Below are positions 18,462 to 27,413 of a stretch of 40,066 nt of DNA, one piece after another (the first letter of the stretch is position 1; each line of letters begins with the position of its first letter). This DNA comes from an uncultured Pirellulales bacterium (GTDB lineage Bacteria > Planctomycetota > Phycisphaerae > Sedimentisphaerales > Anaerobacaceae), in NCBI GenBank assembly GCA_964612985.1, contig CAZTGH010000004.1:1-40066 (forward strand). The letters are read 5' to 3'. The translations under genes were made by a program, and so were the position numbers. Under the pieces are notes generated by a model that did no database searches, was not told where the DNA came from, and worked only from the letters and a program-made list of their open reading frames with translations.

Positions 18462-18529
18462 GTTTGTAGTGTGCCCGTCAGGGCATACATTCCGCGAGGG
18501 AGATAACGCCTCACGGCGTCACTACAAAC
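18462..18529. repeat. Inverted REP doublet (REPIN-like)
   Basis: GTTTGTAGTG-TGCCCGTCAGGGCA at the left and ACGCCTCACGGCGT-CACTACAAAC at the right. A truncated related copy, GTTTGTAGTATGCCCG, lies at about 14245-14260. Confidence 0.7.
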
Positions 18530-18534
18530 GGGAT

Positions 18535-19536
18535 TCAGCGAGACTCGAAGCTTTTCAGGAAGGCGAGCGACTCCCTGGCGGTGCGGTCCAGGTTCTCGAT
18601 ATCGCCGCCTCCGTCGAGGACTTCGCACATCTCATAGGCGATATAGCCCTGGTAGCCGATCTCCCTCAGGGCGCCGAAGAAGGTCTTGTAGTCGATGATG
18701 CCCGCGCCCAGCGGCACCGCCCGCAGCACCGCGTCCTGCTCCATGAAGTTGGTCAGGCTGCTGTCGTAGTGGTAGCGAGGCTGGCGAACGTAATCGGCGG
18801 CGGTCGTGTGGATCATGTAAGGCTTCATCTTCAGAACCGACGCGCGAAGCTCCTCGCTGCTGAACCCTTGTAGCGTGGGCGTCCACGGATCGTAGGCCGC
18901 CTGGACGTTGGGCAGGTTCACCTCGTTGAGCAGCCAGAACATGGTGTCGTGGTGGGAGCCGATATCGTGGTGGTTCTGCACCGCCAGCGTGACGCCGTAC
19001 TTGGCCGCTTCCTTGCCCGCCAGCCGCAGGCCTTCCAGCACCGTCGCGTACTGCTTGTCGAAGGGAATGCCCGCCCGCTCGTAACCGGTGAAGATACGCA
19101 CCACGTTGGTGCCGAGATCGCGAGCCAGCTTGGCCAGCTCACCGACGTACGCTGCCTGGATCTCGACGTTCGGAATGCCCGCCTTGTCGGACCCCGCGGT
19201 GAAGTCGGTGTACCCTGCCAGGCAGACCAGTTCGAGGTCCAGCTCTTCGATGCGCCGCTTCAGCGTCTTGCGCGCGTCCGCGTCATAGTCCAGGGGCGAA
19301 ACGTGGGGCCTCTTGGCCATCAGCATCACGCCGTCGTAGCCCAGCTCCTTGGCCTTGAGCAGAAATTCGTCGACCGTCAACCTCGCCTGGCCGCGCCAGA
19401 AACCCGCGTAGCTGACCGAATGCAGGCAGGTCTTGACCTTGAAGTCCTTTGGGTTGCCCGTGGGCGTCTTCTGGGCGAACGAGGGGGCGAGGCAGCAGAG
19501 GCAGACGATCGATGCAGCGATGATGGACTTTCGCAT
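18535..19536 (-). CDS. Secreted sugar-phosphate isomerase/epimerase (xylose-isomerase-like TIM barrel)
   Basis: Signal peptide MRKSIIAASIVCLCCLAPSFA; motifs KAKELGYDGV, LAVQNHHD, AYDPW, PLGAGIIDY, GYQGYIAYEMC; AGGAG RBS. Confidence 0.85.
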   Translation of the reverse strand: MRKSIIAASIVCLCCLAPSFAQKTPTGNPKDFKVKTCLHSVSYAGFWRGQARLTVDEFLLKAKELGYDGVMLMAKRPHVSPLDYDADARKTLKRRIEELDLELVCLAGYTDFTAGSDKAGIPNVEIQAAYVGELAKLARDLGTNVVRIFTGYERAGIPFDKQYATVLEGLRLAGKEAAKYGVTLAVQNHHDIGSHHDTMFWLLNEVNLPNVQAAYDPWTPTLQGFSSEELRASVLKMKPYMIHTTAADYVRQPRYHYDSSLTNFMEQDAVLRAVPLGAGIIDYKTFFGALREIGYQGYIAYEMCEVLDGGGDIENLDRTARESLAFLKSFESR

Positions 19537-19626
19537 GGCGACACTCCTACATGGGTGTGCGCGGCACACCCGTTCCACTGTGCGACGGGTCGGGCGGCTC
19601 CGGTGAATGCGTCGGAGCATCGTCCC

Positions 19627-20418
19627 CTACTCTTGTTCTCTTGGCGCGATGATGCCTTTGAGTCCCTCGGTGATCCCCCGTCCGATTTCTCCGGCGCCGT
19701 TTTGTCCATTTCCCAGAATGATCCGACCGATGTCGAGGGCCTTTTCCAGCACGGTGCTCAGACCGGTGATCATCTCCCTGGGCAGGACCCCGCCCCCTTG
19801 TTCGGCGATCCCCGTCGCCACCGCCAGGGCGATTTTGCTGACGAGCATCGCGAGGTCCAGGCGCTCGTTGCGCCCGAGGTCGTTTATCTGAATCGTGCCG
19901 AGCTTGAACGTCGCCGACTCCGGCCGGCCCGGAATCGCCAACAGCTTGACGTGGACCGTGATATCCCTGATCTCCAGATGATCGACGATCACCCTTTTGC
20001 CCGAGCCGTCTTCGCTGCGGGGCAGCGCCCGGATGACCTCGTGCAGATTGTTGTCGAGGCCCTTCTGCTCGATGTAGACGTTCATGCCGTTCAGCATGAG
20101 CTTCCGGATGAGCACCTCGTCGGTCAGAAGCGATCTCGTCTCGACCTCGACCGTGCCCTGGCTCAGATCGACCATGGGTTGCTGCTCGTACTTAGCCGGG
20201 CTGGCCACCGTAACGTTTCCGAGATCCAGCGTGCCCGTGAAGATCGACAGATGTGCCTTGTCGACCTCCACCGGGACCTTGAGGGCCCGGGTGCCGGCCC
20301 GATCGATGGTTATGCGCACGGCGCTATCGGCGAAAAAGTTGACGCCCAGGACGGCCGCAACGATCACGACCAGAAAGACCAGAATGCCGAGCTTCAAGGA
20401 TCGCCGTCGTTTTCCCAT
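19627..20418 (-). CDS. AsmA/DUF748-like protein with N-terminal membrane anchor
   Basis: N-terminal TM helix followed by a beta-rich region (LSIFTGTLDLGNVTVASP...SLLTDEVLIRKL...NNL). Confidence 0.65.
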   Translation of the reverse strand: MGKRRRSLKLGILVFLVVIVAAVLGVNFFADSAVRITIDRAGTRALKVPVEVDKAHLSIFTGTLDLGNVTVASPAKYEQQPMVDLSQGTVEVETRSLLTDEVLIRKLMLNGMNVYIEQKGLDNNLHEVIRALPRSEDGSGKRVIVDHLEIRDITVHVKLLAIPGRPESATFKLGTIQINDLGRNERLDLAMLVSKIALAVATGIAEQGGGVLPREMITGLSTVLEKALDIGRIILGNGQNGAGEIGRGITEGLKGIIAPREQE

Positions 20419-20440
20419 TCAAACTTCCTCGGGTAAATCC

Positions 20441-20522
20441 GGGGGGCAGTCTCAATCGCAGCTTGGGGATGTCTTGCCCATGGGGACCATCCCCAAGTCC
20501 TGCGGACTTGAGGCTGCCACCC
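20441..20522. repeat. Inverted pair of REP-like elements
   Basis: Plus strand GGGGGCAGTCTCAATCGCAGCTTGGGGATG faces minus strand GGGTGGCAGCCTCAAGTCCGCAGGACTTGGGGATG; located between murA and the AsmA-like gene. Confidence 0.55.
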
Positions 20523-20540
20523 GTTTCACATATTCGGTAT

Positions 20541-21818
20541 CTATGGCGCCGGGGCGTCTTCGCGGTAGATCTTGGCGCCGAGCGGGTTGAGCCGTTCCTC
20601 GATACGCTCGTACCCCCGGTCGATATGATACACACGATTGATAATGGTGGTGCCCTCGGCCGCCATGCCCGCCAGGACCAGGGCCGCCGAGGCCCGCAGG
20701 TCCGAAGCCATCACCGGGGCGGCCACCAGGTTCTTGACGCCGGCGACGATCACCGCCGGCCCTTCCTTTCGCAGGTCGGCCGCCATGCGGTTCAGTTCCG
20801 CCACGTGCATGAACCGGTCGGGGAAGATCTTCTCGATCACCATGCTGTTGCCGTCGGCCAGGGCCAGCAGTGCCATAAGCTGGGCCTGCAAATCCGTCGG
20901 GAACCCCGGGTAAGGCTGCGTGGTCACGTCGGTCGGGCTGATGCGATCGGTTCCGACCACGGTACAGCCATCGTCGGTGGGCTCGACGGTGATGCCGACG
21001 CTGCGAAGCTTGTCCACCACCGCCATCATATCGTCGATCCGACAGTTGACCAGATTCAGCTCGCCCCGTGTAATGGCGGCCGCGACCATGAACGTACCCG
21101 CTTCGATGCGGTCGGGGATCACTTCATACTGCACCGGACGCAGATGCGAGACGCCCTCGATCACCAGGCGAGGCGAGCCGATCCCGCTGATCCTGGCGCC
21201 CATCGCGTTTAGGCAGTTGGCCAGATCGCTGATCTCAGGCTCGCAGGCGGCCGATTCGATGACGGTCCGCCCCTTGGCCAAGGCCGCGGCCATCATCACG
21301 TTGGCGGTCCCCAGCACGGTCGAGCCGAACGAGCCGCCCAGGAAGATATTGGCGCCTTTGAGCCCCTCGGGGGCCTCGGCGATGACGTAGCCGTTCTTGA
21401 GGTGAATCCGGGCCCCCAGCTCGCGCAGGCCCCGCACGTGCAGGTTGATCGGGCGGTCGCCGATGGCGCAGCCGCCTGGCATCGAGACCTCAGCTCGCCC
21501 GCACCGCGCCAGCAGCGGACCCAGGATGCAGATGCTCGCACGCATCTTGCGCACGATCTCGTACTCACCGACCGGGTTGTCGATCGCGGTCGCATCGATG
21601 TCCATCCGTCCGTTGTCGCCTCGCTCGACCTGGCAGCCCAGCGTTTGCAGCAAGTCTCCAAACACCCTCACGTCGGACAGCCTCGGAACGCCCAGCAGCG
21701 AGGACTGCCCCTCCGCCAGGATCGACGCCGCCATGATCGGCAGCGCCGCGTTCTTCGAGCCGTTGACGGTGACCTGACCCGACAGGCGGACCGGTCCTTC
21801 AATCCGAAATACATCCAT
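20541..21818 (-). CDS. murA: UDP-N-acetylglucosamine 1-carboxyvinyltransferase
   Basis: Motifs GSKNAALP, KMRASI, PGGCAIGDRP, IPDRIEAGT, PYPGFPTDLQAQ, SDLRASAAL, HIDRGYE. Confidence 0.98.
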   Translation of the reverse strand: MDVFRIEGPVRLSGQVTVNGSKNAALPIMAASILAEGQSSLLGVPRLSDVRVFGDLLQTLGCQVERGDNGRMDIDATAIDNPVGEYEIVRKMRASICILGPLLARCGRAEVSMPGGCAIGDRPINLHVRGLRELGARIHLKNGYVIAEAPEGLKGANIFLGGSFGSTVLGTANVMMAAALAKGRTVIESAACEPEISDLANCLNAMGARISGIGSPRLVIEGVSHLRPVQYEVIPDRIEAGTFMVAAAITRGELNLVNCRIDDMMAVVDKLRSVGITVEPTDDGCTVVGTDRISPTDVTTQPYPGFPTDLQAQLMALLALADGNSMVIEKIFPDRFMHVAELNRMAADLRKEGPAVIVAGVKNLVAAPVMASDLRASAALVLAGMAAEGTTIINRVYHIDRGYERIEERLNPLGAKIYREDAPAP

Positions 21819-21957
21819 GGTCTATTTTCCTTGAAAAGGCCGGGCGGCTCTGCCATACTTCGCACGATCCGGTCCCATCGGCGTAGTGTAGTGCAACGGT
21901 GTACGCTTTTCAACCCTCTTGGGACGGGCCCGGGATGTTCTACGAAACCGAAGGTTC

Positions 21958-22830
21958 ATGACGCCTCTCGATGCATTCAGACAATTGACCGAGACGTTTA
22001 CTGTCGACCATCTTTTCACACTGATCGGCGTCGTCATCTTCTCCACGTGGCTGGTTCGGACGTCCCTGGGCCGCAAATCGCTGGTCGATTCGCCGCCTCG
22101 TCGCAACAGCCTGCCGCCTTACCTGCCGTTCCTGCCGTTCTTTCTGTGGTTGCTGGGCACGGTCGTGGCGCAATCGCTGATCGTCTCGTTCATTCGCCCG
22201 GTTGAAGGCGTGCAGAAGGTCATCCAGGACAATCTGGTGTTCACCGCGGTCGCTTTGCTGACGGCCTTCGGTCTGATTCTACCCTTGGCGTCGATTCACT
22301 TTGCCCGAGGACTGAAAGGATTCGGGTTGCGCCTGCGTACGATTCCCAAGGATCTCGGCGCCGCCTTCGTCCACCTTCTGGCGGTCTGGCCGCTCGTGCT
22401 GGCGGCGATTGTCGCGACCATGTGGATCGGTCAGTTGATCAGCTATTTCTCTTCCGGTCGTGATTTCGAGATGCCCAAGCACGAGGCGCTCCAGATGATG
22501 ACCGAGTACTCGAGCGTCTCGCTGTCCGTGCTGCTGGCCCTCCTGGCGGTGGTGGTGGCCCCATTAGTCGAGGAGATGGTCTTCCGAGGTTTGTTCCAGT
22601 CGATGCTTCGCTCGTATCTGGAGCGTCCCTGGCTGGCCATCGTCCTGACGTCGGTGCTGTTTGCCTTCGTTCACGGCAACGCGACGCACTGGCCGGCGCT
22701 CTTTACGCTGTCGATGGGGCTCGGCTACGCCTATGAGAAGAGCGGTTCGCTGCTGCGGTCGATGTTCATGCACGCCATGTTTAACGGCGTGGCCATCCTC
22801 GGGGCCGTGCTCGAATCCCAGCCGTCTTGA
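21958..22830 (+). CDS. CPBP-family (CAAX/Abi-type) intramembrane glutamic endopeptidase
   Basis: Motifs APLVEEMVFRG, LFAFVH, YEKSGSLLRSMFMHAMFN; multiple TM segments. Confidence 0.92.
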   Translation: MTPLDAFRQLTETFTVDHLFTLIGVVIFSTWLVRTSLGRKSLVDSPPRRNSLPPYLPFLPFFLWLLGTVVAQSLIVSFIRPVEGVQKVIQDNLVFTAVALLTAFGLILPLASIHFARGLKGFGLRLRTIPKDLGAAFVHLLAVWPLVLAAIVATMWIGQLISYFSSGRDFEMPKHEALQMMTEYSSVSLSVLLALLAVVVAPLVEEMVFRGLFQSMLRSYLERPWLAIVLTSVLFAFVHGNATHWPALFTLSMGLGYAYEKSGSLLRSMFMHAMFNGVAILGAVLESQPS

Positions 22831-23074
22831 GATCGACGGTGAGCCTGCATCCGCCATCGTATGGGGACCGCACTGCCGGTGCGGAGTTTCTGCGTTTTTT
22901 TGTTCGCGCGCGACGGGCCCATCACTACAATACAAGCCGTGTTTGCGGGTCGTGCGCCCTTTCGTTCCCGATATATATATCGGGGCGTAGGCCAGTTTCT
23001 CGCACCGCGGAGCCAACGGGGATCCCGGCATACGTCGAGACCCTACGGAACGAGGATTCAGGGCAGGGGTATCC

Positions 23075-23401
23075 ATGGAATTTGCAGAACCAAAGATCAA
23101 AGTCGAGTATGGGACCGAAGTCAGCATCGTCACGTTCGTCGATGAAAACATTCTTGACGATCAGCAGATCAAGAAGCTGGAAGAGGCCCTGCGTCCGGTG
23201 ATCCAGGAGAATCTGAACAAGAAGCTCGTCCTGAACTTCGAGGACGTGCGATTCATGTCGTCGGCGTTTCTGGGGCTGCTGGTGAAGGTGCACAAACGGG
23301 TGATCGACAACGGCGGTCATTTGCAGTTGTACAACCTGGACCCCAAGATCCAGAAAGTCTTCGAGATCACCCAGCTTACCAAGGTGTTTGACATCGTCTA
23401 A
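23075..23401 (+). CDS. STAS-domain anti-sigma-factor antagonist
   Basis: Motifs LVLNFEDVRFMSSAFLGLL and VFEITQL; 108 aa; GGGG RBS. Confidence 0.92.
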   Translation: MEFAEPKIKVEYGTEVSIVTFVDENILDDQQIKKLEEALRPVIQENLNKKLVLNFEDVRFMSSAFLGLLVKVHKRVIDNGGHLQLYNLDPKIQKVFEITQLTKVFDIV

Positions 23402-24291
23402 GGCAGGATCTTCTCGGGGACGAAGAAGGTTCCACCGGTGGAGCCATCCGGGTAGGGCGGCACACCCTGCGGCGTCATGGAGATCTTCATGGGCACCACC
23501 TCGGACGCCGTGTAGGTTTCCACATGTCCGTCGGTAAACGCCGCTCGCAGCTTTACCTTGGGCATGCCGATCTCCGGATCGCCTGGAACCGCCCAGTACG
23601 ACGAAAGCAATTGCGTTTCTTGAACCACCTCGGCGCCCTTGAGTCTTTCGCAACTGCCAAACGCACCGGGGCTGCGCCAGTGGTCATACCCGAAGTAGTC
23701 GCTGACCAGCAGTTGGTTATAGCGGCCCATGCTGGCCGGTCCGGTCGGACCTCTGAACAGCGTTTTCGATTCGGAAAGGTATCCGACGTAGTTCCAGTAG
23801 AAGCAGTAGGTTCCGCCGAGCGGATCGGTTTGGCGGGGCGTATCCGGATTGTCCCAGTTGTCGCCGGCATCCCAGGCTTCCTGGAGATACTTGTACCGGC
23901 GCGGCGCGCTCGGGCAAAACATCGTCTTGGCATCGGGAATGTAATCGCGCAGGTAAGCGCTCATCGAACGATGGAGCTGCGGACTTCGTTCCTCGATACC
24001 AATCATCTTGGTGGGATCGGACCAACTCCACTGGTCGCTGATTCCGACGGTCGCCACCGATTCCGGATAGCGGTCGTTGTTGTCCATGGAAAAGAGGGTC
24101 AGGGCGTTGCTGATCTCCCTCTGGTTGTGCATGCCGAGGATGGCGCGCGCCTGGTTCCTGACCAGGTTGACCGCCGGGACGAGGATGGCCATCAGCGCCG
24201 AAATGATGGAAACGGCTACGATCATTTCCACCAGCGTGAACGCCCTGGCTTGGCCGGCTCGAATCGAGATGTTATGACATCTCGTCTTGAT
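23398..24291 (-). CDS. Prepilin-type N-terminal cleavage/methylation protein (planctomycete DUF1559/H-X9-DG-like); apparent ATC start
   Basis: In-frame RAFTLVEMIVAVSIISALMAILVPA lies upstream of the ORF-track start; C-terminal AAFTDGHV. The only plausible in-frame start after the upstream TAA is ATC at 24291, 8 nt from GGAGG. Confidence 0.8.
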   Translation of the reverse strand: MKTRCHNISIRAGQARAFTLVEMIVAVSIISALMAILVPAVNLVRNQARAILGMHNQREISNALTLFSMDNNDRYPESVATVGISDQWSWSDPTKMIGIEERSPQLHRSMSAYLRDYIPDAKTMFCPSAPRRYKYLQEAWDAGDNWDNPDTPRQTDPLGGTYCFYWNYVGYLSESKTLFRGPTGPASMGRYNQLLVSDYFGYDHWRSPGAFGSCERLKGAEVVQETQLLSSYWAVPGDPEIGMPKVKLRAAFTDGHVETYTASEVVPMKISMTPQGVPPYPDGSTGGTFFVPEKILP

Positions 24292-24344
24292 CCCACAACC
24301 CTCCGGATTTTAGGTAATCTACGGTCGTATCCGTACGGCTACCT

Positions 24345-24373
24345 ATTATAAGACCCCTGTCCACCCTTGACAA
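24345..24373 (-). promoter_or_regulatory. Near-consensus sigma70 promoter
   Basis: Minus strand TTGTCA, 17-nt spacer, TATAAT; upstream of the prepilin-like gene. Confidence 0.7.
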
Positions 24374-24527
24374 GCTCAATATCCGCTCTACGCAGCCATT
24401 TCGATAAACGTGCGACAATTTCTGGGTTGGCTACATTTTGTGGTCAACCGCAAGTGTAACTACTACATGCAGTTGGTGGCCGTCGTCCGTGCTCGGCAGA
24501 ACGGTAGAAATTGTGTTCGGTAAGCGA

Positions 24528-24590
24528 ACAAAGGAGAGCGAGTACAGGATCCGGTGCGGACCGCCACGGTCGTGCACCGCTCTCCTTTGT
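24528..24590. other. Long intergenic stem-loop
   Basis: ACAAAGGAGAGCG (24528-24540) pairs perfectly with CGCTCTCCTTTGT (24578-24590); further inner pairing is possible. Confidence 0.55.
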
Positions 24591-24770
24591 CCGGGCCGAT
24601 GCAGGCACCGACCTTCCCATTCTCACCACCACACCCGAGCTTGCGTGATGCAGGCAGGAGTTACTCCTCGCAGACGCAATCACCCCACAACGATCCGAAG
24701 CCAAGAATCGATACATTTGTTTCTCACGTCTCCTTACGTCGTCGCAGCGTGGCGGCCGCGTGGTTCCTCC

Positions 24771-27413
24771 TTACCGGGGAGGCCATCCGCTGAGACTGGC
24801 ATACGGTGTTCCGCCATAGGCTCCCATGTTGACTCGTCCACCGTTGGGCGTGCGCTCGGCACGCGGATATTCGTCGGGGTCTCCCGCGTCGATGCACGGG
24901 CTGGTTAGCGCGTCGGTGACCCAGTCATCGCGTTGGGCGACATATCGCCCAAACTGCGACTGGAGATGGAAATCGCCGTGGTCCGGATCGGCGAAGAAGG
25001 GGTCGGTGCTGAGGTTGCCTGCGCCCTTGTTTGAAGAACCATCCTGTACGCAACTGTACCGCGCCTCGCAGTCGAACAGGTCTCCTCGTGCGTTGTCCCA
25101 GAGGATGCAGTTGACGATATCGGGGTCGGAACCGTCGTAGGCGGCGATGCCGAAGTCGTTGCGGACGATCGTCAGGTTCTTCAGCCTGGGCGAGGCCCCC
25201 TGGGCGCACAGAACTGCGGCTTGTCCACTGCCGGTGATTACGAAGTTGGCGACGACGCTCTGAGAGCTTTCGACGCCCCAGAACGAGAACGCATACCCAT
25301 GTGTGGCTGTAATCACGGCGGCGTCGGCGGCGCTCTGTACGGTGATCGCTTTGCTGTTGAACGTGATTTCGTCGGTGGGGCCGAGGTTGTAGACGCCGGG
25401 CCAGACGAGGACGGTATCGCCGCTGCGGGCCGCATCGACCGCCTTTTGGATGGTCCTGAAGGCGTAGCTGCGGCTCGTTCCGCTGTTGGTGTTGCGACCG
25501 GCGCTTCCGTCGACGTGGTAGACCCGTTGTTCGGGGCTCTTGCTGGCTTGGCGGCTTCCGCCGTAGGCGCCCATATTGACGCGGCCCCCATTGGAAACGG
25601 GTTCTTCGGCAGCCGACTCGGACGGATCGCCCGCATCGATGCAGGGGCTCTGGTAGGCGTCCGTGGCCCAGGTGCCACCGGCGGAACTGTAGCGACCATA
25701 CATGGATTTCAGGTGATAGTCGCCTCCCCATTCATTCGCGAAGAGCGGGTCCGTGTTGAGGTTGCCGTCGCCTGCGTAGCCTCCCTGAATATCCGAATAG
25801 GAGACGGGGTCACGCAGGAGCGAATCGATCACTTTCAGGGCAGTGCCGCTGTTGTTCCAGACGATGGACGAATTGACCAGGATGTCGACGCCAGTGGATT
25901 GGATGCCGCCGCTGGGCGATCCGACCATGCTGGAAAGCAGATTGCCGGCGACGGTGCAGTTGACGAGGGCGACGCTTGTCCGCCTTGAGGCCGGTCCGAA
26001 CGAGGATTTCCACTCTGCGAAGAGACCCGCGCCGGCGCTGGCGGTATTGCCTGCGATGACGCAGTTGCGGAAGGTGACATCAGCGCCGCTGCCGCCGCAG
26101 TAGGCTCCTCCGCCATGGAGGGTGCCCGGCGCGACGTTGCCGGTGATGCGCGTTCCGGCGACGGTCGCGATGCTTTCCCAGCAGTAGATGCCTCCGCCGA
26201 GACTGCCGTCGTAGGCGGCGTTGTCTTCAATCGTGCAATTGGCGATGGCGGCATCCGATGTACCGATCAGGGCGATCGCGCCACCTCGACCACCGGTGGA
26301 GGCGGAACCGAAGCCTCCGGCGGTGCACTGGCGGATCGTGCAATCGGAGAGGATCGGGGCGCCGCCGACGATGCCGATGCCGCCGCCGACCTCGGCGCCG
26401 GAATCGATGATGACGCAATTCGAGATGGTCGGGCTGCTGAATTCGCAGTAGATGCCTCCGCCGACGGGATGGGCCGCGTTGCGGCTCCAGCTTGAGGCGC
26501 TCGAGGGAACCTGGGACCCGAAGATGCGTCCGCCCCGGATGGTGAAGCCGGACAGCACGCTGTCGGTACCCTCGCCCGAGTGGAAGTAGAAACCTCGATG
26601 GCTGTTCCGGCCCGAGACCGCGCCGCAGTCGATGATCGTATTGGCCGGTCCATTCATGCTGCGAAGGGTAATGGCCTTGCCTCGGAAGTCGATGTCACGG
26701 TTGCCCGAGCCCTGGTAGGTTCCGGGCGAGACTTCGATCACGTCCCCGTCTCCGGCCGCGTCGATGGCCGCCTGGATCGTCGCGAAACTGCCGGGGACGC
26801 GAATCGTCGCGGGGTCCGAATAGAGCAAAACCCGGAGATTGTCGATCATGACGCGCGTGCCGGAGAATACGATGTAACATGTTCCCCCGGCCGACGAGAT
26901 CGGCAGGCTATGGTGTCCGGCGCCGAGCGAGGCCGGCGCCGACCACGTCGCACCGTTGCCGGACGTCTTGTAGGACAGGCTTCCCGGTTCCCACTGGGAG
27001 ATGGTCGCATTGCTCGGAAAGGAGACGTCGATATCCAGGGTGCCCTTGACGACGCGCTGACCCTGGGTCGAGCCGATGGGGAAACAGTAACCCAGTTCGG
27101 CCGGTTTGTCCTTGTAGTCGACAAACGCCAGTCCTCGTCCCTGACTGCCATAGAGATAGTACAGATACGGTCCCGGCAGGGGAGTCGCGTCCTCTGAGCC
27201 GAACCTCGAATGCAGGTAACTGTCGAATTCGGCCTTGTTCGTTTCGAAGTCGTCGGCGTACGGATACGTCCAATCGGTATAGGCTGTCTCGGCGGTGAAA
27301 ACCGTGCCAAGAAGACACAGAAGGATGTATCGTATCCACTCAATCGGTCTCATAGGGGCCGTCAATTCCAGCGTTCGTTGCGGGTTTGCAGGCGGACTCT
27401 GAGTCCGCTCCAA
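24771..27413 (-). CDS. Secreted right-handed parallel beta-helix (pectin-lyase fold, DUF1565-like) repeat protein
   Basis: Two modules starting TIQ.A.DAA..GD...V.PG.Y and ending DP.FA...GD.HL.S..GRY...SPCIDAGDP...NGGRVNMGAYGG; GGGIYC repeats; hydrophobic N-terminus. Alternative start 27353. Confidence 0.88.
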   Translation of the reverse strand: MERTQSPPANPQRTLELTAPMRPIEWIRYILLCLLGTVFTAETAYTDWTYPYADDFETNKAEFDSYLHSRFGSEDATPLPGPYLYYLYGSQGRGLAFVDYKDKPAELGYCFPIGSTQGQRVVKGTLDIDVSFPSNATISQWEPGSLSYKTSGNGATWSAPASLGAGHHSLPISSAGGTCYIVFSGTRVMIDNLRVLLYSDPATIRVPGSFATIQAAIDAAGDGDVIEVSPGTYQGSGNRDIDFRGKAITLRSMNGPANTIIDCGAVSGRNSHRGFYFHSGEGTDSVLSGFTIRGGRIFGSQVPSSASSWSRNAAHPVGGGIYCEFSSPTISNCVIIDSGAEVGGGIGIVGGAPILSDCTIRQCTAGGFGSASTGGRGGAIALIGTSDAAIANCTIEDNAAYDGSLGGGIYCWESIATVAGTRITGNVAPGTLHGGGAYCGGSGADVTFRNCVIAGNTASAGAGLFAEWKSSFGPASRRTSVALVNCTVAGNLLSSMVGSPSGGIQSTGVDILVNSSIVWNNSGTALKVIDSLLRDPVSYSDIQGGYAGDGNLNTDPLFANEWGGDYHLKSMYGRYSSAGGTWATDAYQSPCIDAGDPSESAAEEPVSNGGRVNMGAYGGSRQASKSPEQRVYHVDGSAGRNTNSGTSRSYAFRTIQKAVDAARSGDTVLVWPGVYNLGPTDEITFNSKAITVQSAADAAVITATHGYAFSFWGVESSQSVVANFVITGSGQAAVLCAQGASPRLKNLTIVRNDFGIAAYDGSDPDIVNCILWDNARGDLFDCEARYSCVQDGSSNKGAGNLSTDPFFADPDHGDFHLQSQFGRYVAQRDDWVTDALTSPCIDAGDPDEYPRAERTPNGGRVNMGAYGGTPYASLSGWPPR

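Noticed and set aside
20541..21818. murA in a probable planctomycete as a novelty
   Set aside because: Peptidoglycan synthesis in planctomycetes is established; the active-site Cys (PGGCAIG) is canonical.
21958..22830. CPBP/'Abi' protease as an anti-phage gene
   Set aside because: The Abi label for this family is historical; the context (divergent from murA) suggests housekeeping.
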